This document shows, one piece after another, positions 12,792 through 24,830 of a stretch of DNA of 64,000 nt; position 1 is the first letter of the stretch, and every line of letters begins with the position of its first letter. Made by a program: the position numbers and the translations under genes. Under the pieces are notes generated by a model that was not told the DNA's origin, made no database searches, and saw only the letters and a list, made by a program, of their open reading frames with translations. The stretch spans positions 1 through 64,000 of the forward strand of contig MU005981.1 in assembly GCA_010093745.1 (NCBI GenBank), read 5' to 3'. The stretch comes from Piedraia hortae CBS 480.64. Its lineage: Eukaryota.

Positions 12792-13240
12792 TTAGGCCGC
12801 GCGGGCCGCGCCCGTATCAATCAGCGCTTGGTACGTACGTCCGGTGAGGGTGACTATGACGCGTTGCTCCGCGGGTTCCAGTGGATCGGACGCCCGGATG
12901 TAGTTAATAGTTTTACCTTCGGCGGTAACCTTGGCGTAACAGTCTTTCTGGACGTGTCCTGGTCGGTTGCATCGGTGGCATTTGGGTCCTCGCCGTAACA
13001 ACTGAGGCCCAAATAGCTATCGAACAGTCCCACGCGGTAGAAGGCGGAGTGGTTGTTCCGCTCATCCCATCATCCAGGAACTGATGTTGAATTGGGAATC
13101 GCCAGCTGCATATTTTGTGACGAAGGCTCGAGAGGAGTGTAGCTTCGTGATGAATTCCTCGGGTCAAGGCGTTCTGCACTCTCAGCCGTTGGGACGACTC
13201 TCGATCCGGGAAAGAGTTGAGGATCTCATCCTCTGAGACC
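12792..13240 (-). mobile_element. Ty3/gypsy gag zinc-knuckle plus protease fragment
   Basis: CHRCNRPGHVQKDC (CX2CX4HX4C) then ALIDTGA; strongly similar to the knuckle-protease at ~16200-16370. Confidence 0.85.
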
Positions 13241-13289
13241 TCCCTTATTCTGCACCTTGCCGAGGCGAAGACGTCCCGCCCGCGTGTGT

Positions 13290-13620
13290 CGATTTCAAGC
13301 TGACACCGAACAGGATGAGATTGCCATAAGGGTAGAACGCGAGCTCTGCCAGCTCCATGGCGTTGTTGTCCTCATTGATGTTGCGCAGGAACTCTGCAGA
13401 GATGCAACGGAGGCGCTCATTGTTTTCCATGCAACGCTTGCGTTCAGCTTTCGCGCGACAGGGACAGTAGAGGGGGTCTCCACGGCGATTTTCCCCTGAT
13501 CGCAGCAGCTGTAGTAATCACCTCCCACTGCTTTAGTCTTGTCCCTGGAATAGACTGCTTTGAAGTGAACACATAGTTCGTTTCGGGGGCGTAGACTTGG
13601 GAGAAAAGGCATAAGATGTT
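13290..13620 (-). pseudogene. Helitron Rep N-terminal relic
   Basis: CVHFKA...YSCCDQGKIAV..P and EFLRNINEDNNAM..AF match the Helitron C.HC.A...CC..GK..L..P and F..NIR.YN..FAF pattern; frameshifted. Confidence 0.6.
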
Positions 13621-13746
13621 AAGCATTCGAGTGGACCGACCCGTGTGATTTGACAGCGCGCCACCAACCTCGCGTCCGTAAAACATTGCACACTGTAAAG
13701 GGCTCCCAGACAAGATATGCAAAATGTCTCCCAGCCAAGTATCGAC

Positions 13747-14187
13747 TTACAAGGGGTTGGTACAGAAAGCGAGAACGTAAATGTTGACAGCGCTTTTTGT
13801 TGTTGTGATGGAAGGAGAGAAAAGGGGATGCCGGCTCCTGGACTTATAGTCGGCTGGTGCACGGACTGTTTTGGCCCACCGGTTCATGCGTTTATTGGCA
13901 TGGTCCATGTTCCATTTTTGGGCGAGGGCTTGGTGGTCGGGGTGCAGGGTTACCGGGGCGCGGCAGCTGAGGATCAAAAATGGCAACTGTTTGATGGCGC
14001 GGACGACGGCCAGCATTTCGCGCTCTGTGGTGGAATAGTTGCGTTCGGCCGGGGAGAGGCTTTGACTGAGGATGGCAACAGGCTGGTCATTTTGCATCGC
14101 TATTGCGCCAGTGGCGAAAATCGAAGCGTCGGTAAAGAGGTCAAGCGGCACGTCCGCGTTGAAAGAAGCAATGAAGGGCCTGTGTAG
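13747..14187 (-). mobile_element. Ty3/gypsy RNase H fragment
   Basis: LFTDAS..GA..Q...VA..S.SLSPAERNYSTTEREMLAV and PDHQAL, RMNRW; no integrase follows. Confidence 0.9.
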
Positions 14188-15135
14188 TCAAAGTGCGGAT
14201 GTCGTGAAACCAGCTAGCTCCTGTGTTGAGGCGAAAAAGGGCTCGCCAAGGATAGCCTCTTCCGAGAGACCCGGCACCAGGTAGAAAGTAAACACACGTC
14301 CGTCAATCGTCAGGAGGACCGTCGCCATATCAGTCGCGACGGTGTCTCCTGTGATGCCTTGGATCGAGACAGTCGACGGGGAAGTCGGGCCCTGCCAGAG
14401 GGCTGCGCGCAGGCAATTTAGTTCAGCGCCGGAGTCCAGGAGCGCTGTTACTTCGCGGCCGTTGACAGCAATGGTGCGGCGGCGTAACAGGTCGTGATGG
14501 GCTCCTCGTACGCGTACTGCATTGATGGCCTTGCCGTCCGCCGTAGTCTTTGAGTAGCACTTGGAGTCGGTATGGCCCGTTCTCTTGCATCGGGTGCACA
14601 TAGATTGAATGGCTTTGCCCCGATTACGGGCCCGTCTGCGGCCGGTCGTCTTCTTGGTGGCAACGTCCTGTCCGGTAACGCCGGCGGTAAGGCTGGCCTT
14701 CTCGATGGCCTCGCGTAGGTCCGCAAGGTTGTCTTCTGATCCCATGGGTCCCATGTACATCAAGTAGGGATGGGGAAGAAGTTCGTAAGCCTTATGTTCT
14801 TGAGCAGCAAAGGTGAGGCCTAGATGCCCGCCCAACGTCTCCAGGTCGGCACAAAGCTGGCCTGGGGACGAGTAGCGCAGCTGGTCCCAACGTTTGGCCG
14901 CCTGAACTCGTCGGGCGGCATCCGATTGGCCAAAGTGCTCCTTGATGGCTTCGACGAGTGAGTCGACTGTTTCCACCAGGCGCGGCCGTCGGAGGGCGGC
15001 TTCAACGAACCAGGTGCCCGCTGTACCCGTCAGGTGGGTAGCGATCATGGCTCGGAGTGCGGCCGGATCTCCCTCAAGCCCTGGCAAAATGGCCCGGGCG
15101 AGGTTTAACTTGAGGAGAAACTCCTCGCACTGCTC
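14188..15135 (-). mobile_element. Ty3/gypsy gag plus protease cassette (second family)
   Basis: Capsid-like HLTGTAGTWF..SLVEAIKEHFG, knuckle CTRCKRTGHTDSKC, protease ALLDSGA..ILGEPF. Confidence 0.88.
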
Positions 15136-16570
15136 GGATATGGGCTTCCTTCCAGACGAAGCGGTCGTTGCCTTCCAAAGTGTACAATGGAGCAGCGAGG
15201 CGTGATAGCCGGGGAAGGAATGGCCGGAACCAGTTAACGGTACCCAAGAATTGCTGCAACTCATGCTTGGTCGTGGGCTGCGGCCGATTGCCTAGGGCGT
15301 AATGTTGCGTATCTGGCGCGATTTGGTTGTGCGAGAGCCAGTGGCCCAAGTATTTAACTCGTGGCAGGGAGTTTTGACATTTATCCTGAGCAGCACACAA
15401 GCGAGCTGCCTGGAGTAGGGTGCGTGCTTCACGGACATAATAGGTATGGGCGTCTGCCGTGTCAGAGAAGATCAGGATGTCATCCAGATACGCGAAGGCG
15501 AATTCCGCGGCTGGGCGTAGGACATGATTGGTGTACCGCTGGAAGATGGCCGGTCCGTTGCGTATTCCAAATGGCATGACGCAGTACTGGTATGTCTTGC
15601 GCGGCGTCTGAAAGGCCGTGAGGTGACGCGATATCGACGAGACCTGAATATGATGGATAGCCTTAACTACGTCGAGAAACATGAAGAACCGTGACGAGGC
15701 TGCTTTTTGTAGGAGCCCGCGTAGGTTCGGTAAGGGGTACTCGTCGGGCAAGGTGATCTCATTCAGATTGCGGTAGTCGACGCACATGCGGAACGAGCCG
15801 TCCTTCTTGGGTACGAACAGGATGTTCGCTGCCGTTTCCGATGTTGAAGGCTGGATCCAGTGGTTGGCTAGTCCTTCTGCCAGGGTGTCCTTGAGTGCGT
15901 GGTCCTCCGGTACCGTGAGGGGCCCGGCCCGTTTACTGGGCTTGAGTTGGCCATTCGTGCGCAAGTGGAAGATGCCCGTGAGGCCTTCGCCATTGATGAA
16001 GGGGAGGCCCGGGATGAGCCCTTCCACGAGATTAGGGTCCACGTAACAAACCGCAGCCTCGCCTTCGATCTCAATGACACACGATTCGGCATGTTCCGCC
16101 AGGGGGACCCCGGAGGGTCCCTTTAGCGTGACCGATGAAGGGAGGCGTTCCTTGGGGGCCAAGTCCTCCCGGATGCAACTGACGGCCGCCCCAGTATCCA
16201 TGAGTGCTTGGACGGTGCGTCCGCCGATGGTCACAGGGATCCGGTGCTCCAGGGTCTGCAGGGAGTCGCTGGCCTGAATGAAGTTGATAGTTTTGCCTTC
16301 GGCAGTATTTTTCGCATAGCAGTCCTTTTGTAGGTGGCCTGTTCTGTGACATATGTGGCATTTCGGTTTCCAATTCTTTTTGCCACCGCGGCGGGTGCGG
16401 TACGAAGTGCCCGTCGGGCCTGAGGCCAACGCCGCTGCCGCTTCCAGTTGGCGGGCCGTTTCCTTTAGGACAGCACAGCTATCTTCCGGCCGCTTATTAA
16501 GGTCCGCGCGGAGATTGGGCTTCAGCGCGTTCAGGAACGCAGCCCGGCGGGCCTGCTCCGGCCAGTTGAC
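15135..16570 (-). mobile_element. Ty3/gypsy gag C-terminus, protease and reverse transcriptase
   Basis: CHICHRTGHLQKDC, ALMDTGA, FVPKKDGSFRMCVDYRNLN, MPFGIRNGPAIFQ, AYLDD, YLGH, FLGTVNWFRPF. Confidence 0.95.
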
Positions 16571-16759
16571 TCATAGTCCTGGCAACGAAGAGATTCTATG
16601 GGGCGAAATAATCGCGGCTCCCATCACCATTTGCTCCCATACCAGACTTCCAGGCATTCCATTCTCTTCATCGCGTTGTACGTCGTGTCAGAGGGGAAGG
16701 AAAGAATTCCTAAGGGGACCGCCAGCCAAGTCCTCCTTCGGAGAATGATCCAAATCCAC

Positions 16760-17400
16760 CTTCATAAGCGTTTAGTGTTTCCCTGGATGAATGGCTGGCA
16801 GCTTGCATTCTCACAAGTTTGGCCTTCCTCTGCAACGACATCTAAGAAAAGTGCCACCGCAGATAACATATGCGGGGTTAATGAGTCTGGTTTTTTCACT
16901 TTTACGGCCTGGACTGAAAGGGATCCTGGAATGGAACTGTGACAGGTGCGCAGAGGGCCGGGTAAGGTGTCTGTAGAGCCTCTGAGCGGAGGAAAATGGC
17001 TTGAAACTCTGATGAGTCGCGAAAAGCCAGTGTCGGTTTTTCGACCGAACCGAGCGCGCGCCGTGTGTTGTAACGAGCATTATGGGATGTTGCACGCAGT
17101 AGGCACAATCCCCACATAATCTTTGGTCGCCAGGCCATTCACTCATCGAGAAGAAACAAGCGCGAGATTCTGGAACATTTGTTCCCATATCTTGTTGAGT
17201 TAGGAGCCAAAACCAGCTGCTCTAGTGCAGCACTCAAGCTAGAGTGCGTCGGATTTACCACACAACTCGTGGTAAAGTCCCAATCCGTCGAGTTGATAAA
17301 TTTTCTGTCACGTGCCCAACGCTGTCTGAACAGTGTCACAGGTCTTTACAATCTGCTCTTCATTGTGGCTGTGCAGGCCTAGCCTGAGAAGAAGGATAGT
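16760..17400 (+). pseudogene. probable pogo/Fot1 DDE transposase relic
   Basis: ADNICGVNESGFF resembles NIYN.DETGF; downstream KWLETL..PVSVF, SVELINF and HRSLQSA echo W.T.IE..P..IF, S.EF..F and SH.LQPLD in order; heavily frameshifted. Confidence 0.4.
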
Positions 17401-17441
17401 CGCGCCATTTTTGCTCGACTACTTGTCTCCGGGCATGAAAC

Positions 17442-17508
17442 AGCACTGCTTGTTTGAGATAGCATTGATCGTCTGATATAGCCATGCTCGTCTGAGATAG
17501 CACTGCTT
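17442..17508. repeat. 19-bp minisatellite, ~3.5 copies
   Basis: agcactgcttgtttgagat / agcattgatcgtctgatat / agccatgctcgtctgagat / agcactgctt. Confidence 0.85.
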
Positions 17509-18057
17509 CCTTACGATTCGGCGCCTCTTGCCATAATCAGCAGCTTATAGGCCTGGGTGCGCCCCTGGGCTACGTTGCGAGCTTTGTCACACCTGTTGAA
17601 TGTAACGAGAAGTATTGTCGTGATTTTGGTAGCAATGTTCCACTGCGAGATCTTGAGCGTGCGCCAAGACGCGGAAATTTCCGACAAGCCTCAGGCTTCA
17701 TGCCTCGCTCGCCCAATTTTTCTAGAATCCAAAAGGTGGAGACTAACTGACCTGGCCGGGTAATCCGATTGGTTTGTGACGAAAAAGAATTGTTTGCCGG
17801 GTATGGTCATGATGTTGGCGCGACATGTCATATTTTTGCCTGGAAGTTGGAAATACCTGTTACGGCAAGCGCTAAATCTATCTGGGTTTTTGGCCTGAAT
17901 TCCGGCGGCGTGGGTTGCAATGCCTAAAAGCTAGGCACCACTTGTCACGACATATATCCGCTGTTTGGCTTTGTTAATTTGTCGGACGACGTCCCAGTGA
18001 TTCGGGTCGCTGAAGTCCGGAGATGCCGCTTGAGCACACTCAGCCCAGTAACGAGCA

Positions 18058-18426
18058 TGTTGGATTCAAGCATCGCCGCTAGCGCGTATGGGGCACTTGC
18101 ATAGCAAGTCAGCGATATCTCCCACACTACCAGCTGCACCCTAGGTTTTCCCCTCACAGAGGTTTCCCTCAGGGTCATGTCACACGTGACATGGCGAATG
18201 CGCCCTGCTAATGTACGACGTGACGTCACCGGCCCACCGGCATAGAATATTTATTCTGACGTCCCCTCACAGACACAAATAGTCACTCACACTGTCATAT
18301 CGACACTGGGTATTGACTTCTATCCACCTGCATCTTTCCTGTCCCTGTCGTTGATCTCTGTCTATCGTTACGTCCTCCTAGTTAGGGCCGCTGCGCACTC
18401 CCATCCACTAGAGTCCTATCGCTACA
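18058..18426 (+). mobile_element. LTR, family B (369 bp), no TSD
   Basis: TGTTGG...CTACA; aligns end to end with the TSD-flanked solo LTR at 47855-48197; flanks GAGCA/CGGCC differ. Confidence 0.9.
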
Positions 18427-18599
18427 CGGCCGGTCTCATCGAGGAGGACGTCGTGGCCCAGACAAACGAAAAGCCAGTAAGCTGCCATACATATATTAAC
18501 TGAAGCCCGTAAGCCAGGGACCAAGCTCTTGGAGATAGGCCATTTGTGGGCCTGGAATTCAACGCCATCGAGTATACGTCCCTGCTTGGTCACGCCGAA

Positions 18600-18960
18600 G
18601 AAAGAAGGGTAGTACCTGTACTGGCCAAGGCATGGACTATTACCAGTAAGTGGGCTGTAGGCATCAGGAAGAGGTTGAAATCAACTCGCTTAAGTCGTTC
18701 CAACAAGAAATGAATCTGTGGCTTCGAGACATCAATCAGGCGTACTACCAGTCCGAAACAAAGTTGCAGCGCACAATCCTGGCTTGCCATACGTATCCCA
18801 GAGACTTTATCATGGAGGTTATAAAACCTTTTTACGGCATTGCAGTGGCCGGCGCACATTGGTCGTCTACTACTTCAAGCACTACTGTGAAAGGCTGGTT
18901 GCGAAGACGTTTACCGACGACCCATGCATTTTTCCAATGAAATGTGACTCTTATTGCTTG
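18600..18960 (+). mobile_element. Ty1/copia reverse transcriptase fragment
   Basis: LRDINQAYYQS..LQR, VIKPFYGIAVAGAHW and frameshifted TDDPCIF match the fungal copia D..QAY.QS, KPLYG..EAG.HW, YDPCL pattern. Confidence 0.8.
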
Positions 18961-20085
18961 GAATCCAGACTGATGGCTCAAACATGTAGCTGAGAGCGTC
19001 GCCTATAAAGGAGAGAGTCCTTCGACTTCTCGTCTCTTTCAAACCGGGACCTTTGCATGGATACGACGCACAAATCAAGATGGATTTGTTTGAGGACAGC
19101 TGGGGTCAGAAATAGGGTGGGTCAGAGTTGATCTACGGTCCCGAACGGGGACCGGAAGATAATCCTTCTCCGGGGTGCCCTGTTTCAGGATCTCGCCCAA
19201 CAGCTTACAAAAAGTCCCAGAACCCGGAACGCTCTGGTAAAGGGTCTCACCGCTTTCATCGACAACTATGTGGCAAACGTGCACATCGACGGCTATGAGA
19301 CCAACATGCAAGACGAGGACAGGCCTTGGCTCCGAATGGTAGCCAAGGATATTACCCTCCACTCAAGAAACTTCGTATGCTCAACGGGTGTGTCATGTCC
19401 CTACAAAAAAAAAAACGGAGAGCTCCAGGTCAAGAATTCCTGCCGTACCCAGGAGCAGAAAAGTCGGGGAAATAACCGCAACCCGAATCCTCGTGGGAGT
19501 TTCTGTCCGTTCCTCCCTCACGCAGAAGAGCCAAGGGGCGGAGCTGGAAACCGTCAAAGACGCCCAATGATTTACACAACTTTGTTTAGTCTGGCAATGG
19601 TGTCTGAGGGGAAATGTTGTGTAATGCTACAAGGTTGCACAGAAAGATAAGCGTGCATACCCCCGGATCCCTTATGGATCGGGAGGACCCCCATCGGGGA
19701 GAGAGAAAGTAACACCATTAGCACCATACAGTATCTCAGCTGACCAACAACAACAAAGCCTCAAAGCGATGCCGTTGGTAATTGATGCCCAAGCTCTCGT
19801 TGAAAGCGGAAGCACTGCGAACGCATGTACTAGAGCGGTACGCCAGCGCCGATGGCGTGCACGATGACCCAAAGACAAGGTGTTCATGAACAAGGGCAAC
19901 ATTTGCCTCATGCCATGGTGGTGGTGTCAGAAGGCACTTGAGTGCATCGTGAGCCGTCCCTGGGAGCGTGCGAACGGAGAAGACTGGCTTTTCGGGAACT
20001 TCCACCGGGACTTCATATCTTTGCCAACAAGTAGCTCTCGCTCTGTGACCTCCGCGCATATTTTATTATTGTGTTCTTGTCTTGT

Positions 20086-20706
20086 ATGAGCCCTCCGCCT
20101 CGAAACTCACGTTCTAGGGAAATACCTCCGTCGGGACTACCACTGTCCTCCGCCGTCGCACGTCCAACAGACAACCTTCAACGCCCACACACACCGGTTG
20201 AAGAGCGAGCCGCTGAGGGATTCTGGCCCAATACCTGCCCGTCCGACGAAGAATACTCTGACGACGAAGTATCGCCCCTCAACGAACAGGTCGCCACCAT
20301 GGACATCGACGAAAAACCAGTGACGAATTACGAGGTGGGAAGCGTGGACGGCCAGACCTTTTCGGGCAAGCCCGAAGGTCTCCCGGCCTTCCTTACGCAT
20401 ATCCACTTGAAGGAGCTCCTTGACAGCGACCTGCGGGATGCTCGGGTGAAATGCGCGTACGCAGCCAATCAACTCCGGGGCCCTGCCAAGGAGTGGTTCG
20501 TACGAGCCTTACCTAGCAAGCCGCAGCTGTTGCAACAGTGGGCCGCCCTTGAAGGGGCGCTGACCGCCACTTTCGGGATGTCGGATGTCATCCGCCAACA
20601 GCAAGACGAGCATGTTCGCGTTTGCCGGGACAACCACGCAGATTCACGGACCAACAGGCTCGGCGCATACCACTCCAAGAAGTTGAGCTGTTGGGCATTG
20701 TGCTAG
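20086..20706 (+). mobile_element. Ty3/gypsy gag N-terminal fragment
   Basis: TFSGKPEGLPAFL..KCAYAANQLRGPAKEWF..WAALEGALTATFG, a retrotransposon gag capsid pattern. Confidence 0.8.
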
Positions 20707-20731
20707 CCTTCAAGCCCTAGCGCCACTGGGT

Positions 20732-21000
20732 GGAAGGGGGGGATGTAGTGGTCATCACCGATCCTGGGTCTTTGAGGTTCATTCGGTCGAAGCAGAACCA
20801 TTCTACACGGATTGCCAAAGCTCTAGATATTGTCGAGAACTTGGGAGCTACCATGCCAGAAGGATGTGGCACCTACCATGGCCAGAACTGTAGATAGAAG
20901 TCGCAACTTCTCAGGGTTTTTACCTCTATAGAGGAAGTTTTCCCTAGGACGGGTCATTGTCTTGTTCATGCTTAAAGGCATGGTTCGCTGATGTTGTCCT
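20732..21000 (+). mobile_element. polypurine tract followed by start of a 3' LTR (TG at 20744; right end not determined)
   Basis: GGAAGGGGGGGA immediately followed by TGTAGTGG; contains the cross-family LTR motif at 20913-20961. Confidence 0.6.
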
Positions 21001-22599
21001 GGCGAATGTGGTCAGACTGAGGTAGCGTGGAGAAGGTTTCGAACCTCATCTCACATAAGGATAGACATCTACATTTACCTTTTGGCCAAAGTTGAGTGCA
21101 CACATTTGTCGTTGATAAACGTTCCGCTTCAGTCCTCGAAGGTTTACCCCTCCGACATACCATCATCTATCGCCCAGGACTGTTGTGCAGGTCGCCGCGG
21201 AGCGATCCGCAGGTGATGACCCACATCCCTGACCAGGGTTCGACTACTCGGAAATTTTCTTGTGTAGCTCTAGATACGCATATATACGGATACACCTGTG
21301 AGGTGGCGCTTCTTATTAGAACAAGGACGAGCAATCACGATATATGTAGGGCTGGGTCGACACACTGTCGAAAAGAGAGAGGGCGTAATTACAAGGTGAA
21401 GAGATGGGTATGAGTGGTGTTAATAACCTTGGTGGTTGTTTTCTGCAGCGTTGTTTGCGGAAGATCTTTGTCTATGTGTTTGTCGGTCAGACACTCTCTT
21501 ATAGAGGGGTTGCCCGAGAATTAGCAGGGGATGTTCCATTGATACTAACCGTTGGAATGAACCCCGCGATGATAGCGGCCATCAAGATTAATGTTTTTGC
21601 CCCAGTCGACAAGATGACAACTGCTCTCCTACAACCATATGGCCCGGGGTATCCTGACACGCTCACCGAAATCGAAGAACTACTGCGCATTTCGTCAATG
21701 ACCTTTCCGCCACGATACTAGGGAATCTACATAGAATATCCGCGCTGATCGATTAATAGTGCTGTTTACAGTAGACTTTTGCTTCGTCTTATATTTTTTT
21801 TAAGTCTTCTCAAGAAGGAAAGGAAACTGTCAAGTTGCATATCCTTCTCCTGCCGTGACCAATCTCGGTGCCAATGGCGGGGCTCGGGTGGCTATGAGAT
21901 GAATACTGAAGATATTTCTTCTCACGTTTGTGGACGATTAGCCCTACTCGCGAACCTCAGACAAATTTAGTGGGGCGAAATTGCTTTGGAAGCTACAGGC
22001 AAGCTAACTCCTACGCCCGGGAGATAACGGTATCCAGACCGATGCTTAGTCGAAACCCACGAAGAGGCGTTGTCGTAAGTTGACCCACGGTCTTTATCAC
22101 CGCAGCACGTAGTACAATAGGAACTAGACGTGTTGTTCGTTTGGGCTGGAACTTTCACCACTTTTGTGATATTTGTTGGAAGGTCGTTTGGATGGACGAG
22201 GGGTTTGCACTCTTTGCCGTGGAGTACAGGTACTGGTGCAGGGAGACTGGTTTGATGTATTTAGTGTCGGCAATGGTCAGGTGGTCTGACAATACCGCAG
22301 ATATTTTGGTGTTAGGGTGCATTTAGCGGCGTAGCTAGTTGACTTGGTCTTGGTTTATTGTGCCTCTAAGACTTCGAAGAAGAGTCGTCGATACGCTATG
22401 ATGGGACGACAATCCAGCGCGTCTGAGACATCCGATGGACGAAAAACTCGTAAACAAGTCACTGTGAGGCAGATATTGGCCTATTTGGATCGCTGCACAT
22501 AAAATTTCTCTCACGCACATATTTTCCATCTACCCAAGCAATTCCATCTTCACAGTCAACGACCCATGCCTTAGTATCAATCACATTTTGACAGTGACA

Positions 22600-23915
22600 C
22601 TAACAACAGGCGTTTTTCCCATCATCCCCGCAACCCCTCTCATACCCATCCCTGAAAACCACCCACCTCTCACCCCCCAATTTCTCCCTTCCCCTCCTCA
22701 TCAACACCAACTTCTCCGCAATGAGCCTCAACCTCATCCTCGTCTCCCCCTCACCAAGAAACCTCCCCGCAACCTCCTCAATCTTACTCAACGTCTTCCC
22801 CCCAGGGACCCTCTCCCCATGATACCTCCCAGATTTCCACTCATCAGCCATAATCCTCTCTAACCCCACAATATTGACCCTCTGATACCACGCCTCCCCA
22901 TTTGCACAAACACGCATCCTCCGATGCGCCCCCTCCGTATCAAGTAATTTCTCCACCCGATCGCGCCACAGGAGAACATACGTCTGCAACGGCTTCGCAA
23001 CCTTACTTCCTTTAGCAAGAAACCTAACCCAGGCGGGATACACAGTCCCGCATCAGGAACTCCCGCGCCGAGACTGAGCAGTAATGCCGGCTTGGTGTTC
23101 CCGTACAAAGTGTGAAAGTCCCCGTACGCGGAGAAGGAAGGGTTACTTTCACTGGGTGCGCCGTCTTGGTAGAGACTCCCGTTGTGGGAGACAGCAGGGA
23201 GGTAAAATAGTGTGGCGGTGGTCGCGAGTGCGACTTTCCAGATTGGTAGTTCATCGGCCGCCTTTTCGCGTGGAAAAATTTGGCATGGAAAAGAGCGGAA
23301 TATGCAGGTATTTATGAAGTCTTTACCTTTGGTGACGCGGCAGGCGGTTTGGCTGACGCGGGGGTTGGTGGGGTTGAAGGGGTATCCTTGGGTGGGCCAG
23401 AGGAAGGGGTCGGATTCGCCGGTGCAGTTGGGGTGGTTGGGACAGTGTTGTGCAATGATGTTCTTGAAGGCGCGCTCGAGGGGTTGGGGGTAGTATTTCG
23501 TCCCTAGAGGGATGATGGAGCGCTTTTTGGTGAGGGTGTCGTGGGCTACGCGGCGCGAGAAGAAGAGGGCTTCGGATATGGGACGACGGAGGCGGGAGAG
23601 GAAGATGGCGATTAGCCCGCCTGTGGAGGTGCCGTACATGAAGTCGAAGTAGTGGCAGGGTAGGAGGTCCTTTTCGGTGATGCCTTCGGCTAGGCCGCCG
23701 TGTTTTTGCTCCGCTTCCCAGATCTCGTGCATTAGGGACTCCAGGATGAGGAGTGTGCTGCAACTGCGGATGCCACCGTAGTCTAGGGAGAGGATGGCTG
23801 GCAACCATGGGTCTTCAATATGACTTGCCCAGTACTCGAGATTCTTGACTTCGCGGGAGGATTGTGATAGAGTATGAATGTAGTCATTCTGTGTTTGTTC
23901 GTCTTGGCTTATCAT
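22600..23915 (-). pseudogene. patatin-like phospholipase, frameshifted near 23000-23050 with degenerate motifs
   Basis: LSLDYGGIRS, GTSTGG and YQDGAP..NP in one frame; C-terminal TEGAHRRMR..WYQRVNI.GLE.I.ADEW in another frame; no convincing intron found. Confidence 0.75.
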
Positions 23916-24830
23916 TGAAGCTGTACTAGGAGATAGTGGTGCTGTTGTTGCAGTCTCAGGGTGGTAGTAGGACGTATTAATAGTCTAGCAACGAAGTAAC
24001 GCCAGTGAACAAGATTGCCAGCTTGTGTAATAACACTTAGAGACTGTGATGACTGGTGCCATACCACGATCATGGAACTGTCGTGTTAGGAAGGTAATTT
24101 ATGTCAATTTTCGTTGCGACGCTATAACATAGGTGATTGGTTAAGATCTGCTTGCTCTACAGTTTTGTGTGTCCTGAGATATTCTTTCCCCCATGACGGC
24201 CCGAATTGCAAAATTATAGATTTAACGATCGCCCAGAGATGCCCAAGGCTGCCCAATGCTGTGGGACATGACGCCATGCCCGCATGATGGCGTCTTGCAA
24301 TAGAGCTGCCCAACCCAACATCGATTGATGTCACCATGTCCATTGTGCTTCGAAAGTACATGTCATGCAATTGTCTGCCTTTGGTGAGTGTTCAGCATGT
24401 AGGTGTTGGAATCAAAAGTCGGTTACGGTTGGACGGTGGCAAGCAGCATGAGTGAATACAAGTATTTGTACAAGAGAGTTGCACATTGCATCACTGGTGC
24501 AGCGTTGACTACTTTGCAATGGTTGGCTGTAATAAAGTCGTCGCAAAGGACTGCACTGGTCCTATCGTGCAGTTACTTGCACAATCTTATGGCTTCGGGC
24601 AGAGCCTGTGCATAGCCCATGGCGATGTATCGAGAGATGTAGCTCTCGCTCGACCGTAAGCAAACTACTCTCGAGGACGTACAAACGTTCCAGCCTCGAT
24701 TCTGCCGTTGTATATGCTTACCAGCCCTGACATGTGGACGGCTCGCCTGCGCAGTCGTCAACTTGCTCACGTCAACCTCCCGCTGTCGCTGTCCATTCCA
24801 ATCAAATCATGTTTTCCACCTCAAATCCAT

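Noticed and set aside
18140..18185. Hammerhead ribozyme on the reverse strand of the shared LTR motif (CTGTGA..GAAA)
   Set aside because: No intact CUGANGA core or stem II in any copy
20081..20095. TATGAGCCC(T) here and at 2402 as a half-tRNAi-Met primer binding site
   Set aside because: Lacks the GGT of GGTTATGAGCCC, does not abut a defined LTR end, and coincides with the probable gag start codon (ATG AGC CC)
21225..21255. tRNA/SINE B-box-like GGTTCGACT
   Set aside because: No A-box or cloverleaf upstream
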